A stretch of DNA of 49,649 nucleotides, the filler included, from Streblomastix strix (Eukaryota), in assembly GCA_008636045.1 (NCBI GenBank). It is 3 parts of 3 records of this genome, joined end to end, with 100 filler letters (N's around TTAATTAATTAA, not from the genome) between each part and the next. Parts side by side here need not be neighbours in the genome. Positions count along the whole stretch, not along the records: positions 16,589 to 33,075 come from SNRW01000803.1; positions 33,176 to 49,649 come from SNRW01000804.1; 1 more part is not named here. One strand, 5' to 3'. Within the stretch, counting starts at the first letter, position 1. The number at the start of each line of letters is the position of its first letter. Of this stretch, positions 26,366 to 40,244 are shown piece by piece. Position numbers and translations under genes: made by a program. The notes under the pieces were generated by a model, which worked only from the letters and a program-made list of their open reading frames with translations, had not been told where the DNA came from and searched no databases.

Positions 26366-26946
26366 ATGGCTATCTTAATATTCTTTTCCATCTTAGCAGT
26401 CTTGAACTTTGCTACTGAATATGATGCACGCGACTCAAAATACACAATTCACAAGAATTAGGAAGCTGAAGTGCAATGGAAAGAACTAAAGAGGCCACTT
26501 TCAGGTAATTGTTATATTATACTAATTTTAATTATAATCATTTAATTATATATATATCTTTAATTATCATATTCATTTATGCGAAATTTATTTTTTTTAT
26601 AATAGTTGGCTAGATTGTTTGTACTGCAGTTGGTTGTTCTGCTTTCATCATCTTAATAATAATAATCTTAGTATTGTGTTACAAAAGAATGCTCTGCTTT
26701 AGTTTAATAAGGTGATGTAATGATAATGATCAAAATTAAGAAATAATATAATAAATATAACTTCAATAATTATAAGCCCAACATACATTAGAGGTACATT
26801 AATAATAAAATTGAAAATAAGAATTTGAGAAAGAATAAGAAAAAGAATAATAACCTAAATAAGATTAATAATAAGAATAATAATAATAAGAAGAATAAGA
26901 ATAAGAAAAAGAATAAGAATAATCAAATTATTATTTCAGAATATGA
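26366..26946 (+). CDS. Small single-pass membrane protein with signal peptide and Q/E-rich tail; intron 26505-26605
   Basis: MAILIFFSILAVLNFA, then TM IVCTAVGCSAFIILIIIILVLC. First TGA at 26713. Q/E-rich frame continues through TGA 26812 to TGA 26944. Confidence 0.6.
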
Positions 26947-27119
26947 TTTTATTTGTATTTATTTTTGTTATTTCTTATTTAATTTTTAATTTTTATATTG
27001 AGCAACTTTTATTTATTAATTATTTATAGTTATTATTATTTTTATCTATAACTATTTATTAATTATTATAAATTATATTGTAAATAATAAAAAATAAAAT
27101 TAATAAAATATAATAAAAA

Positions 27120-28140
27120 TCTGAAATTGTCTTTTAAAAATCTTTCCATTGCACTTTAGCTTAAGTATCTTATGCAACTTAATCTGCTTTTTTCTCATTC
27201 AATTTAGGATCTTCTACTTCAAGTAAGAATGTAGGAGGTTTTGGAGCAGCAGTTGCAAACTTAAAGATAAGGTTATTAACATAAGGTTATTACGATTTAT
27301 CATTTTTAACTTCAAATGCTTCAGTTGCAATAACTTATGCTTTCTTAATTTAGATAGCAAACACAAATAGTGGTGCAGTTAAAGATCCACTTCCAATTCT
27401 TTATTATTAATTATCATTTAATCAATTATCTTTATCCATCTTCAATAACTAATCAGATGCTTCAGAGTGTGATGTGAGTTAGGAATCATTTAATTAATCT
27501 ACAGAACCTTGAATTCATGATTTATTATTTTTATTTGTTATGGCACTGTCGTTGAGTTGTTATGGTCTATCTGATTCATTAACTTTTCCATCACTCCGTT
27601 CTCAAACAGTTCATGAATTGATTTAGCATCAGGGATATTCTTTGATGTCATTGGTTTCTCAGGTTTATTTGTTTCATTTATATTGGCATTATTTGATGAT
27701 GCTCCAGGAAAGGTGGTTATTGATGCTTTGTATTATGAAACGCAATAATTATATGAAATACATGCATTAACAATACTTTCTTAAAGTGCTTATTAAATTT
27801 CACCGCTTTCAACTTCTAAATGCGCAACTAATGTATCAAAGCACACTTTAGCAAACAACATCACCTATTGTGCTACAGATACATTACCAACCACTCTTCC
27901 ACGAATTCCTGAAAATATCTGATATCGAAGACTCTTAATGTCGATATTAGCAAAGTCTTCCTTATTAAACTTTCCAACTCCAGTGATATTATCATACATA
28001 GTATCTCTGAATTTCGGAGTGTTTGCTAAGATGTGATTTACATGGAATGGTAAGAATGAGAATGGAAGAGGTAATGCTCGTGTTAATCTACCACTGTTAT
28101 GTGGATGAGTATGTGTATGATATGCTTCACAATAATTTTC
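27120..28140 (-). pseudogene. Start-less gene fragment with a frameshift near 27600
   Basis: Minus frame ENYCEAYHTH...IKSLRYQIFSGIRGRVVG...; ends ..AKVQWKDFQKTIS; two in-frame TGA. Confidence 0.55.
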
Positions 28141-31100
28141 TAATGCTATTTTGATGAACTGAAACTTATGAGAGCTGAAGATGAGATGACCAGATAGCTA
28201 TATATTAAGATATTATTAGACTCTGAGGAGAAAGATTTTGAAAAACAGAGATAAAAATGGAAGAAACAAGAAATAATCCGAATTCGAGAAGAGAGAAAAA
28301 AGAAGATTATTCGCCGTGAGCTAGAATTACTCCAACAAGAACAAGAGCAGCAACGAATAGAAGCCATTAAGCAGCTTATTGATAGACTTAGACAGCAAGA
28401 AATAGACTCGCAATGGCGGTTTGTGAGTGAAGAACTGGAAAGAAGAAGATACGAAGAGATTGTTGTTGATGTTGAGCGCAGAGTCGATCATTTGCTCTGG
28501 AGACAAATGTGGGAAGACATCAGCAAATTGTTTGAGATGAAAAAAGAAGATATTAAAAGAGACTCAGAGTTAAAAGCACTTCTTGGAGAAAAAGGAAAGG
28601 ATTAAAAAAAGAAAAAAGATTAAATTAATTAAGAAATGAAGGAAAGTACTGATTTTGGAGTAACAAAAGTGTTTCATTTGGAAACAGATGATGAAGAGTA
28701 AAATATAAATTAAACTAAAAGAGGTGGTAATGATACTTAGAAGAAAAAGGATAACGATTATAAAAAGAGTAATTAATAATCAAAAAAGTGGAAAGAATTA
28801 AAAATAAATAAAAATTAGAAAAATGAATAAAAATTTGATTCCACTACAAAATATAGCACACCACCTACTTCAGAGAGAAGAACAGATCATAAATCGCTTC
28901 TTGAGATTAATTAATAAGAAAAAATTCACCACATACTGCAAAATCTTCTGCTTAGAAAAAAATTAAAATACAATAATAACCTAATCTAATAAAACAATCA
29001 AAAAGTACAGAAAATATTAAATCCCCAGATACTCAGAAATAACATATTGTATCATTGCCAGTAGACACTGATTATGCATATTCAAGCCGATATTATACAT
29101 AAACAACTTCACATACACACACTATCAATTCTCCACATCGATTCGGTCAGACAACTTCATCTCATTTTTCAATGCCAATATCAACATCGATGTCAGGATC
29201 TCCAGAAAAACCTCACTCTCCATCAATATATTGTATTGCATGTACTGAATTGGCTGATACAAACAAAGTAGTAGAATACCAGAGATAGAGAAAGATCATG
29301 CTTCTTAGATAGTACAGGATGTTGAAGAAATTTAGAAGACAGCAATATTTGTATTTAAAGAATTTGAATAAAGAAAAAATGGCAGTTGCTGAATTCATGA
29401 CTGCTGATGGAAGAATGAAATAGTATATGTCAGCTGAGGATGAAAGTAATTTTCTTCTTACAAACTACTCTAATATTTTTGGTAATGGAGATAGTTCGCG
29501 AATTGACTCATTTTTGACCAACTAATTTGAGACTGATATCAATTATGAGTATTTGACAATCTCATAAAAAATCAAAGATGAAATAGTTTCATATTCAAGA
29601 ATTTTATAGGAAAGAAGCGCATTGATTATGCTGAAGGAATAATATTAAGCTAGAAGAAAGAAAGAAGAAGAGGAAAAAGAAAAATAAATAGAAAATGAAA
29701 AAACAAATTAAAATAAGAGTGAAACAAAAGATAGATACATCAGAAGATATTCAATGTTGACTGATAGAAATAGATCATCAAATTTGAACACAACTCTGAA
29801 TATTACTACAAGCTATGTTAATGATAAGAACAATGAACAAGATAATAATACTGATAATAACTAATATCAAAACACTAATAAGTAAAAATTAAAAAGAAGC
29901 ACATAGGCACAAGATCTTGAGCAAGTGAATGAGCTATTTGTGAATGAATTTGAGAACAGTTCGCAAACTCTGATTGAATTTCACTAGAAAATGCAAATAA
30001 AGTCTGGTCTGGATGCGATCAACCTTCGCAACTGGCAGAAGTCATCACCGATACGATATGGAGTGTTTATACCAAGATGCCTAATTATGTTTATCAATGT
30101 AGTAACAACAGAGGAGAATGGAAAGAAAATATTGTTGAGAACAGGTGAAAACAGTAAAGACAACAAAAGTAAATAAGATTTGGATAGTACTATATAGAGT
30201 AAATCAGAAAATTAATCAGTATTGAAGCGTAAGATTTCATTTGGCCAGAAATCTTTTGAAGCTTATGAAAATAAAGTGATGGTTTCATTTACAACAAAAT
30301 CTGAATAACCAAAAGTATAACCACAATAAAGGAGATAAAGCTGAATGAGTGTAGGAATGAAAAACCACTAAAATAGCGTATATTCAAATAATGGACCTAA
30401 GAAATGTATTTCTATATTCCAGTAGATTCATCCAGATCAAAGGGCATTTATATACAATCTTTTCCCCTGGATGAGAAATATTAAACAGAAGTTCTATCAG
30501 CAGTATTATTATCTTGATATCCAGGTGAAGAACTACCTATTGGAGATGTATAAAGTTGCTGTTCTATATAAATAGAGATGTTATGAAGTAGTATATGCAG
30601 TTAATAAACCCATATACCAATCTAAGAAATGGGTAGATTACTTCTTAAGAGCAGTTGACAATGAAGTAATGATCATAACAGACCCAAGAAGATTTGATTA
30701 ATAAGGACTCCTTGCTGAGATCAAGAATGAAGGATCAGACAGTCAATAAGGAACAGACATTTTATTTGAAGGAACACTTTGAACTGGATAATTCAAAACA
30801 GGAACAAGCACACTCAGAGCTGAATTGATGGTATAGAAAACGAAATCATCAATGAAAATCTTACTACTTCTGACAAGTAATTTTTTGGATATCCCATAAC
30901 CAAAGCTGGTTACTTTTGATCATTAACAGACATAGCAGAATTAGAATGTATCTCCTTTAACAACACTATTGCAACAAATGAGCCTTACAGCTTCACCATT
31001 AAGCCAATAATCAGATACTAGATCAATAAACTCAATGCAATCATAAACAGCAATATTCCTTCCATTCCAGAAGTAGAGAACTTTCAATCAACCAATAAGC

Positions 31101-33075
31101 AACATAACTCCATATTAGATCAAGATAAACCAAGAAGCTAATAGTGTCATCTTAACAGCAGAAGAGAAGAAGAAAGAAATTATCAGAAGAAGGAGGATGA
31201 AGTTTAATGAAGCTAAACCATAGTTGAGTATTGGTGATATTGTTGATCTGATTATAGCAAGGAAAGATCAGATATGCAGATCTGGTGGGAATGATGAGGG
31301 AAGTTAGCTTGAAAGTCTGAGGGCTAAAAATTATATATTGCTTAAATTAGGGAAAAAATTCTTCGTTGACAAACAAAGCGAAAAAATCAAGAAAAAGGAG
31401 AGAAAGAATAAAGAAGCATAATAAAGAAAAGAAGAAGAAGCATATAAGAAGAAATGATAAGAAAAATAAAAAGAAAAAGAACAGCGGATATTCAATTAAG
31501 GCGAATTATCTTAATCTCCAGGAAAATCTAAAGGGAAAAGTCAATCACCAGAAATTAAATCTGAAAATTCGCACACAATTGAGTTTAAAAAGAATAAAAA
31601 ATCTGAAAACGAATCAAAAATTGAAAAATAAGACGACGATGATGAGATTATAGAGAGTGATTACAGAGTTTATCAGAGATAAATGTAATTACAGCATGAA
31701 TTCCAACAGAAATATCCATAGGAACAATAATGCAGGAGATAACCTAAGAGAATAGTTATATTGCATTTGGGTGGATCATAGCCTGATTATGTCTCACTTA
31801 CATACATGGAACTCAAATTACTGAATGAAGAATACGATGTTGAAAGATAGAAGCTTGATAGACATTGGAAGCATGAAACCAAGAAAAGAAAAGCTTTTGG
31901 GTTAAAAGTTTCTGAATAAGAGATACAAAAAGCTCTGAATGAACTGAATACATCACTTGACTGGAAGTACAGAGCAAAATGTGAATATGAGAAAGCAGCT
32001 GAACAATGGTATTAATCTGAAGAATTAAAATATAAGGAAGAAAATATGAAGAAACTCCGCGATTTGTTGGATGAGATGTCAAAAAGATATGAATAGAGGA
32101 TTCAGATGAGAGAATTGGGTATTCAATTACTGAAAATAAAGAAGAAGAAACAATAACAATAATTGATGCGTGAGAAATTAAGATAGAAGAAAGAATAATA
32201 TCTCAAATAAAGAAAAGAAAACATCGATTGGATGGATTTTGGCAAAGAAGAAATTTCACTCAAATTAATTGATCAATAATTAAAAACACCTGCAAATTCA
32301 CCATTAGGATCACCAGTTGCCGATCAGAATGATTCAACAAGACACGACTTCAATTTCTCACCAGAAAGATTTGGAGGTGCAGATTCACCAACATCAACTA
32401 GAAGCTTCTCACCTCCACGTACTCAAAATTCACAATAAAAAAGATGTGAAATTAACTAATGAAAGTATTTAATTTTTGGGCGATCAAACATTGAACAGTC
32501 TTAAAATTGGAAATATTAAATACTAATTATCTGCTCGACCTAAAAATTCGGCTTCTGATGTCCAACTATCTTTAATACCGCGCGTTTTATCATATAATAT
32601 AGATTAAAACGATTCATAACCACTTGAAACCAACAATCAAAACTAATCACAGAATAATAAATCACTTTCGAGATCAAGAAAGACTAATTTACTATCAAGA
32701 AAACAACATCATATGTCAAATCCATATTATGACTCAATCCACCCTCATTTTGAAGTGCTTGTTATATCATCAAAGATCAAAACAAACAAAATCGCTCAAA
32801 AACAAGAAAAATCTTACTGGGAAAAATTTATATTGGTTTAAGAGATGCAAGAAAGGAAGCTTCAAGAGGAAGATTAAAAGAAAAGATAGAAAGAACTTGA
32901 TGAGAACAGAATAAGGAAATAAAATGAGATTAAAAGATAGAAAGAAGTTGAGAAATAGAAAGTTAGAGAAGAAAGACAAAGAATCGAAGAAGAAAGAAGA
33001 TAAGTTCGTGAAGAGAAAGAAAGAATTAAAAGAGAAAGAGAAGAAGCTATTTTAGCAGATGCAGAAAGAGTGCGT
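28141..33075 (+). CDS. Large coiled-coil E/K/Q-rich protein, partial at both ends
   Basis: ~1640 codons of coding-like sequence. In-frame TGA at 30342, 30780 and 31455. Two frameshifts, both in A homopolymers (~28920, ~32440). Confidence 0.7.
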
Positions 33076-33175
33076 NNNNNNNNNNNNNNNNNNNNNNNNN
33101 NNNNNNNNNNNNNNNNNNNTTAATTAATTAANNNNNNNNNNNNNNNNNNNNNNNNNNNNNNNNNNNNNNNNNNNN
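33076..33175. other. Artificial contig linker
   Basis: N-run, TTAATTAATTAA, N-run; exactly 100 nt. Confidence 0.97.
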
Positions 33176-33184
33176 TGATGATTC

Positions 33185-33371
33185 ATTAATAAATATGTAA
33201 ATAAAAGTAAAAAATAGAAAAACATGTACTATTGAATATATTGTGAAATGAAATATGATAAATTTTGAATAGTATAACAATGATAAAGATCTGAAGAGTG
33301 AGAAAGTTATCAATAATAGTTAAATAAATTAAAAATCAAATCATTCTTCGTTTCATCATCTAATTCCCATC
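33185..33371 (-). repeat. 187-bp inverted copy of 35704-35890
   Basis: Near-identical reverse complement covering the last codons (DGNQMM.RRMI*) and 3' flank of the 35317-35739 gene. Confidence 0.9.
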
Positions 33372-33447
33372 TTTATTCTCTGTTTCATCTTCATCATGAT
33401 TCATGTAACTTGATTCATATCCTCTTATATTATATTATTAAAAGTTA

Positions 33448-34887
33448 TCAATAATAATGATATTCATCATTCTATTTTGCATTGAGAAGTTTTAAAGCAG
33501 ATCGACATAACTGTTTAGACTATGAAATTTGTAGCATATCAACATTTTCCATTAATCCTTCGTTTTCAATTCCTTCATCTAATAAACTGATTTCTTCTGC
33601 AATCTTTTATTAGTTGAATGTATTCATTGATCTTTCTGCTTCAGGGTGTTGTGAATTCATTTGTTTGTTTTTATATTAACTGCGAATCTCCTAAAAAATT
33701 TAATTAAGACTCCTCACTACTTATAAGTTTATTAATGTTCTATTGTTACCTGCAGTCTTTCGCGCTTTCCTGTGGATCTTCGGTTTCATTAAAGAATTCT
33801 TATTAGGAAAGCGAGTTATCAATGATTTGGGTTTAGTCGAACTAAGTCCTTATGTTTCTTCATCAATAAGAGATGCAATAATTGACAGTAATTTTCGTTT
33901 ATTATCTGATTCTCCAATGTTTTCATCTTTTTATTGATTTATTATTATTTATTTCATTTACTTTGTACTGTGATTAAAGATCTTCTTCAGCAAACTTTAA
34001 GCCACAGAACTGAATGGTGAGGTTAATGAATCATCAATAAAAGATATTAAGTCACATAGAATCGAAAATATCGGTTTTGCTACAATCTTTGATGCCATTT
34101 TACTATCAAGAATAATTGAGTCTAGAATACTAAGCGACTTCAATAATAAAGTCTATATTTTCATTCTTTGTGCACAAATTAATGCATTATTTGATTACTG
34201 TTCTTCACTTTAGGAATAAATGAGTTATTCAAAGAAATAACTAATTGAATTACAGAGTGAATCTAGAATTGGATGTTAATCTTCTTCATTTCCTTGATTA
34301 TAAAATGGTGTTTGTACAATTGCAAGAATCAAGTTTAATGATTCAAGTAATAAATCTGGCTCTTAACTTGTAATTGATTAATTAGATTAAGAAACAGAAA
34401 CAAAATTAGATAAAGTTTCGAGCATATTATTCTTCACTATTAATGCTTAGTTTTCTGATTCATTAATAAATAAAAAGAAATAATATCATAATTACGTGAA
34501 ATTAGTTGAAAATATATAAATAAAGTATATACCAATTGACTCATTTAAACATTTTGTTGCAGCAAAGATATTGGAAATGGTTTCGATGTGCGAACTAATA
34601 TCCGACTATATCACTGAAGTGAATGCAATAATAATGTTTTTCATTAATTCATCATTCAATGGATTTGCTTTTGAAAGAAAGGCAATCGCTAATAAAATAT
34701 CAATTCTGCTTTTTTCAGTAATGACCTCTGAAAGCAATTATAAAAGATATTAAAAATTGCTTGAATCTCCAGTACGCGCGTTTTTTTAGTATTTTCGAAC
34801 ATGAGATCCCTGTTCAGCTTCTATTCTGGCATTTTTTGCTATTTCCTCGATATTAGCCTAAATTTCTAAATTATGTGTGGATATCAT
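33448..34887 (-). CDS. ARM/HEAT-like helical protein, ~453 aa; intron 34455-34532
   Basis: Continuous frame MISTHNLEIQANIEE...LLLESLNLILAIV...GIENEGLMENVDML...YHYY*. Confidence 0.7.
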
Positions 34888-35316
34888 CTATTAATCAAAT
34901 ACAAAATATTGATATTGAAAAAACATTAAAAAAATAATGTAAAAATATTTATTTTTTCTTGTAAAAAAATGGAAATAAGAATTTGGTACATTAACTGATA
35001 TCAAGAATTCAAATCTATTATTATAAGATAATTGCTGCATTTATGTATGATATTTCCACTATTTCTAATTACCATTATCAGATACTGAAATTAAATTTTC
35101 GACCAAAAGCCATTATGTTATTAAATTGTGATTTTCACTTTTATTCTTTTGATATTTTAATTTCTTTTATTATAATTTTCTTTGAAATATATACATTTAT
35201 ATATTTATTATAAATAGTACAAATTTTATTCAATGAATTATAAATAAAATTATTTGCATATTTTTTAATTTTCCTCATCCATTTTTTCCTTAGTTAAACT
35301 ACAATCACTATTCTAA

Positions 35317-35739
35317 ATGGATGATAAAGAAGGTATATCCATTTTTGAAGACGTTAGCGATTAACATGTGCCAAAATCTTATACAAAATCACCAGTTGTT
35401 CACAGTTCACATTCTAGGTCACCATCTGCCACTCGTAGCAACAAAAGCTAATCTCCAAAGCAAGAAAATAATAATCATCAAATGGCTGTTGAAGTTGTTT
35501 TTAAGAAATAAACTCACCCCTATTTAAATTGGTTGCAAAGATTTGGGCCATCAAATTCACCAAAAAAATCACCTGCTAAAAATAAACATTAATAAGAATT
35601 AGATTAACTCTGATAGGAAATTAAAAATGAGTAAGATAAATAATAGCGCTTAATACAAGAACAGAATGAAGTCAAATAACAACTATTTAAAGAGGATAAT
35701 AATGATGGGAATTAGATGATGAACCGAAGAATGATTTGA
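35317..35739 (+). CDS. Hypothetical S/P-rich and coiled-coil protein, 140 codons, with an internal TGA at 35611
   Basis: MDDKEGISIFEDVSD...HPYLNWLQRFGP...QELDQL*QEIKNEQ...RRMI*. Confidence 0.6.
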
Positions 35740-36014
35740 TTTTTAATTTATTTAACTATTATTGATAACTTTCTCACTCTTCAGATCTTTATCATTGTTA
35801 TACTATTCAAAACTTATCGTATTACATTTCACAATATATTCAATAGTATATGTTTTTCTATTTTTTACTTTTATTTACATATTTATTAATATAAATTGAA
35901 CAAAATTATTTCTAATTAATAGAGAAATTGACTTTTTATTTTAAAATGTGAGCCAACAATAAAGTTCGAGCCAGTCAAAGTACATAAAAAATCATACGAG
36001 CGTTAAAGGTCTAA

Positions 36015-39000
36015 TCAAAATGAAATCTCATCCAATAGTGTGAGAACATCCATAACTTTTCTGTGCTACTCAACATTTACATGTTTTGTTAAATTTGGTA
36101 TATAATATTCTGCCATCTCCATTAATAGTCTCAATTCATCCTGGTTTATTCCCATCATCTGTTAAACTTAATTCATTGCTTCATGCTTTTCTGAAATTGA
36201 GTCATGTGATTCATCTGGATTTGGCGAAGTTCTCTTTGTATTAATATTATTATTTTCAAATTCAATATTTTTACTCTATTAAGATTTAGAATGTGTTTCT
36301 TATTTGGAAATTATTGATTATTAGATCTAAGGCTTTAATGGAAATGGAAATTTAGTTGGTGGTATGAATCTAATTGATTTAATCATTGCTGATCCAGGAG
36401 TGTGCATCGCTTGTCTATTAACAACTGCTGATAAATATATTCCGATTGATAATGACATTCGCCGAATTAATTTCATCCTGTTATTCAGCACACTACCTCT
36501 CAAATCACCTTCAAATCCATTACCTGTAATCTCTTTTGTGGATTATTTAGAATTATTATTTACTTTCTTTTATTTCTATTAATATTCCATTGATTAAGAA
36601 TATATTGGATCATCAGATTAAGATTATGAATTTGAGCTGTTTGATTCTGAGTCTTCATTATCATTAATATATTCATCATCTTCATCTTTATCAGTTGATT
36701 CTTTCTTAAGTTCGCTGCTTGAGATGAAGTTATTCTTTCCTCCATTATTGCATGGGTAACTTCGAGCTTCTCTTATAGCATTAACAATTAATGGAACTGC
36801 ATTTCTTGCATCAGTAAGATAGTTTCTTTCCAAAGAGTCTGGTCGAACAACACATCTCACAAAGAAATCTCCATATGCATTTAAGAAAGAATTGAATTGT
36901 TTTGATATTTGTTATGGAGCTTGAGGATTTTATTATGAAGAATAAACAGTGTTCAATTAAATATTATTTTATTAAAAAGTTGGAGATTTATAATATCGTG
37001 CATAAAGATGTTTCATAATCAACCAATGTTCCAAGCGAGATGCATCTGCTCCAAGACGATAAGCCTCATATTTATCATGAAGTGCAGCAAATGAAGTACC
37101 AATCCATGGTATAGCAGATGCTATTTATGAATTTGCTTGAGAAGCACTTCTATATGGTATTGAATTTATATCTTATTATGAGCTTTCTACCTAATACTAT
37201 GGTAAAGATGGTTTAGTTTATGATTATATTGATGATTGACTTTCTGATCTTCTTTGGCGTCCTTCTGTTTCTTATTTTATTTTAACATATGAATCTTATG
37301 TATCGATTTTTAGTCCAGATTGTTAAGATATTGAAATGGGCGATGCGATACTTTTGAATTATGACCATGGCTTCATCACTGTCTTATTATCCATATCAAT
37401 AATACTAGGACCTATTTCTGAATCTAAAAATCTATGTGCTGGAGGAACCATACTCTAAAGTGAGATATTTTATGGAATTAAAGTTATGGAAATAATAAAA
37501 ATAATAATATAAAATAGTTAACAATAATAAAGAAAAAAGAAAAATTGTATACTGGGTGCAATCCTTGTATCATAAGCCCAGGAACATAACCTGCATAAAC
37601 AAGAATGAAATTGTTTTTAGTCTTTTGTATATGGTCTCTTTTTTATTTATTTATTTTACCATAATAGTTAGAATAGTCACCACAATTAATATCATTATTA
37701 TTCTCATCTTCATCTTCTTCAGAACTTTCATCATCATTATCCTCATAGTTATTCTTACTTTCACTTTCTTTCCAAAGAATGAAACCATTCATTTTCATAC
37801 TTCTAATTTCTTCAATATCATTTTCTTCTAATATTTCATATTCAATATCTTCTTCTTCCTCTTCATATTCATTTTAATCTTATTTTCTTTCTTTTGTTGT
37901 TTCTTCCTGTTTGTGTGGAGATGAAAATGTTTGTTAAGGTATTATTAATGGCTCAGTATCTTATAATTCAAAAGTTACATCTTAAATGCCATCTAAAGAA
38001 GTAATATCTGGAGAATGAATATTATTATATTTCGTTGAAATCTTCTTATTTACTTCATTCAAAGTATTTTCGTTGATATGAATTTCTGGAGAATGAGCAT
38101 CACGAGTTTATTCTGAGGAATCAGATGGTGAGTTTGAATTGAAAAATGATTTAATTGATTTGAAGAAATTTCCTTTTGATTTTGAATGTGTAAGAAGTTG
38201 AGGTGTTGGTGTTTATGGCACATTAATAGTTACTGGAGTATCATTCAATGTAGAACTTGATGGATGTTGCAATATTCTCTAAAGACGAAGTTCTTTCTAT
38301 AAAGCATGACCGATATGATATATACCTAATGATTGTCGAGTAAAAATTTTTTTTTGAAAATCATTTTTCATTTACATTGCTGGAAAATTTTCTATTTCAA
38401 TTCTATTAAAATCTTTAGAAAAAAATTTATTAAAGGCATTATTAAATGAAGCAGAATTAAAGAGTAAGTCCTTGATTTTAACCTTTTTTATCTTTAAGTT
38501 ATATTATTCTAAATTAATTTTCTAACCAGCAGATAATGATAGAGTTGAAGATATAATAGGAGATGCATGAAGTGAATGTGAAGAAGATGTTTATAGAGAT
38601 TTATTCAATTATGATTATACAAATGATGATTTTGCTGGTATAAGATGTTGCATAAATTGTTACTCTTTTTGCAATGAAGGAGATTTCAATGATCCAAATG
38701 GTAAATCATTTTATAATGAAATTGAAGTAGGGGATTTTCTCAAACTAGAAGTAGAATTGTCAGTATCAAAAAGCAATATTTATTAATTTTCATCAGAATT
38801 AATATTTAAATTATTATCTTATTATATTTTCTAATCTTATTTATTATCATCTTTAATAATTGGTATTGAATTGTTATTTGTTATTGAATCAACAGGAATA
38901 TCAGGTTTAATTGGGTTGATTTATTTTTCTTGTGTTAATTAAGAAGGAAAGTTATGAGAAGAAGAAAATTATTAAAACGGTTCTGATAGTTCATTTTCTT

Positions 39001-40244
39001 TTGATTTGTTTAGAACTAAATAAGATTAAGAAGTAGATGTAATAATTTACTTATTTGGTGAAATGGGAGTTGATTGAAGAATTGAAGATTAACCAACAGT
39101 GTGTTTCTATTTCTATTGCATGGATATATCATTTGCATTATCAGGCTATGTCAATATTTCTTATTAATATAATTATTATTATTTAATTTACTTTGGGACT
39201 TACAAAATCTTCTAATGCATCTTTCTTCTTTTGGGAAGAATGTTCTTCATAAGATCCTGATGCTTTCTAATAAACTCCAACGATACTGGCTCAATAAGAT
39301 GACGAGAAACGAGTGTAGTTCCAAGAGGTGAAAAAAGAATTAAAGTATCTATCATCTATGAATAAAAATGGATAAAAATATGCAGTTGAAGTATATGATC
39401 AATAATTAAAATAATTTGAATAATCTTATAATAAACCTTGTCTACTTAATTCTTATTAGATCCAATAACTACAGAATGATATTAAGTCTCTAAATGTGAG
39501 TTAATAGCCTTCATCAGAAGAGAATTCTCACTATCATACTCCTTTGGCATGTTATATAGAAATGTGCTTCTAAGAATAATAAATATAAATGAATTATAGA
39601 ATAAGACAATTAATATTAAAATACTTTGTTTTGGGTTGTGCTATTCCTGAAAGGAAAAGCGCATCAATTTGTTGAGCAGCTTTAGTGATGACACTACTAA
39701 AGAATTAAGATGCTTCTAATCTATCATTTGATAGATTGAGGACATTTTGAAACCTTCAAGCTATCACTTTCGTTACATTTAATAAAATTTTGCTTATTTG
39801 TTTGAACCTTCGATAATATTTCTTGATTATTATGAGTGAAAGACTGTATTTATTTTCAGTATTCTTCTTTTTCGTAGTAAATATCTAGCTTAAAAGAATA
39901 TATTCTATGAAAATGTAAAATATGTATTAAAAATTATGAATTAATAATAATAACATACAAGGTTCAGATAGTAAGGATATTTTAGATATAATTGGCCCTA
40001 AATCATTATCACATTAAGATCTACCTATCTCTGAGTCAAGTGTATTTTTGCAAATGAATTGAATTTCTTTTTTTTTCAGGTGTATACTTCCTTTCCAAAG
40101 CTAAAAAAATGAAATTATTTAACAATTTTAATTGGGAGAAGTAATGTATACTTTAATTGGCAAAGGTCCCATAATGTTATCCCAAATTGAGAATAACATT
40201 CCAGCGACATACCGCGACTCAGCAAAAGGAGAGACAAAATCCAT
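36015..40244 (-). CDS. C9orf72: C9orf72-like DENN-fold protein, 1296 codons; introns 40101-40151, 39905-39958, 39570-39624, 39356-39436, 37455-37552; one in-frame TGA
   Basis: FSIWDNIMGP (human FAYWDNILGP), EIQFICKNTLDSEI (EITFLANHTLNGEI), AINSHLETQYHSVVIGS (AISSHLQTCGCSVVVGS), YVPGLMIQGL (YESGLFVQGL), LLMEMAELYIP (IIMALAEKIKP). Human motifs are recalled from memory. Confidence 0.88.

Noticed and set aside
26820..26925. (GAATAA)n/(TAA)n simple repeats as satellites or telomeric sequence
   Set aside because: They read as Glu/Gln codon runs in frame with the upstream gene.
16489..33175. TTAATTAATTAA palindromes inside N-runs, and any synteny across them
   Set aside because: Identical 100-nt artificial linkers between contigs of near-equal length (size-sorted concatenation); not biological.
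33691..33749. Possible second intron (GTAACA...TTTTAG, 59 nt) in the ARM-like gene
   Set aside because: Splicing it shifts the frame away from the downstream IENEG motif, while the unspliced frame is open.
39756..39758. Selenocysteine or a micro-intron as the explanation for the C9orf72 TGA
   Set aside because: There is no redox Cys context, and the other TGAs lie in coiled-coil or low-complexity regions. Nearby GT-AG pairs (23 or 14 nt) would break the frame. A SECIS element was not searched for computationally.
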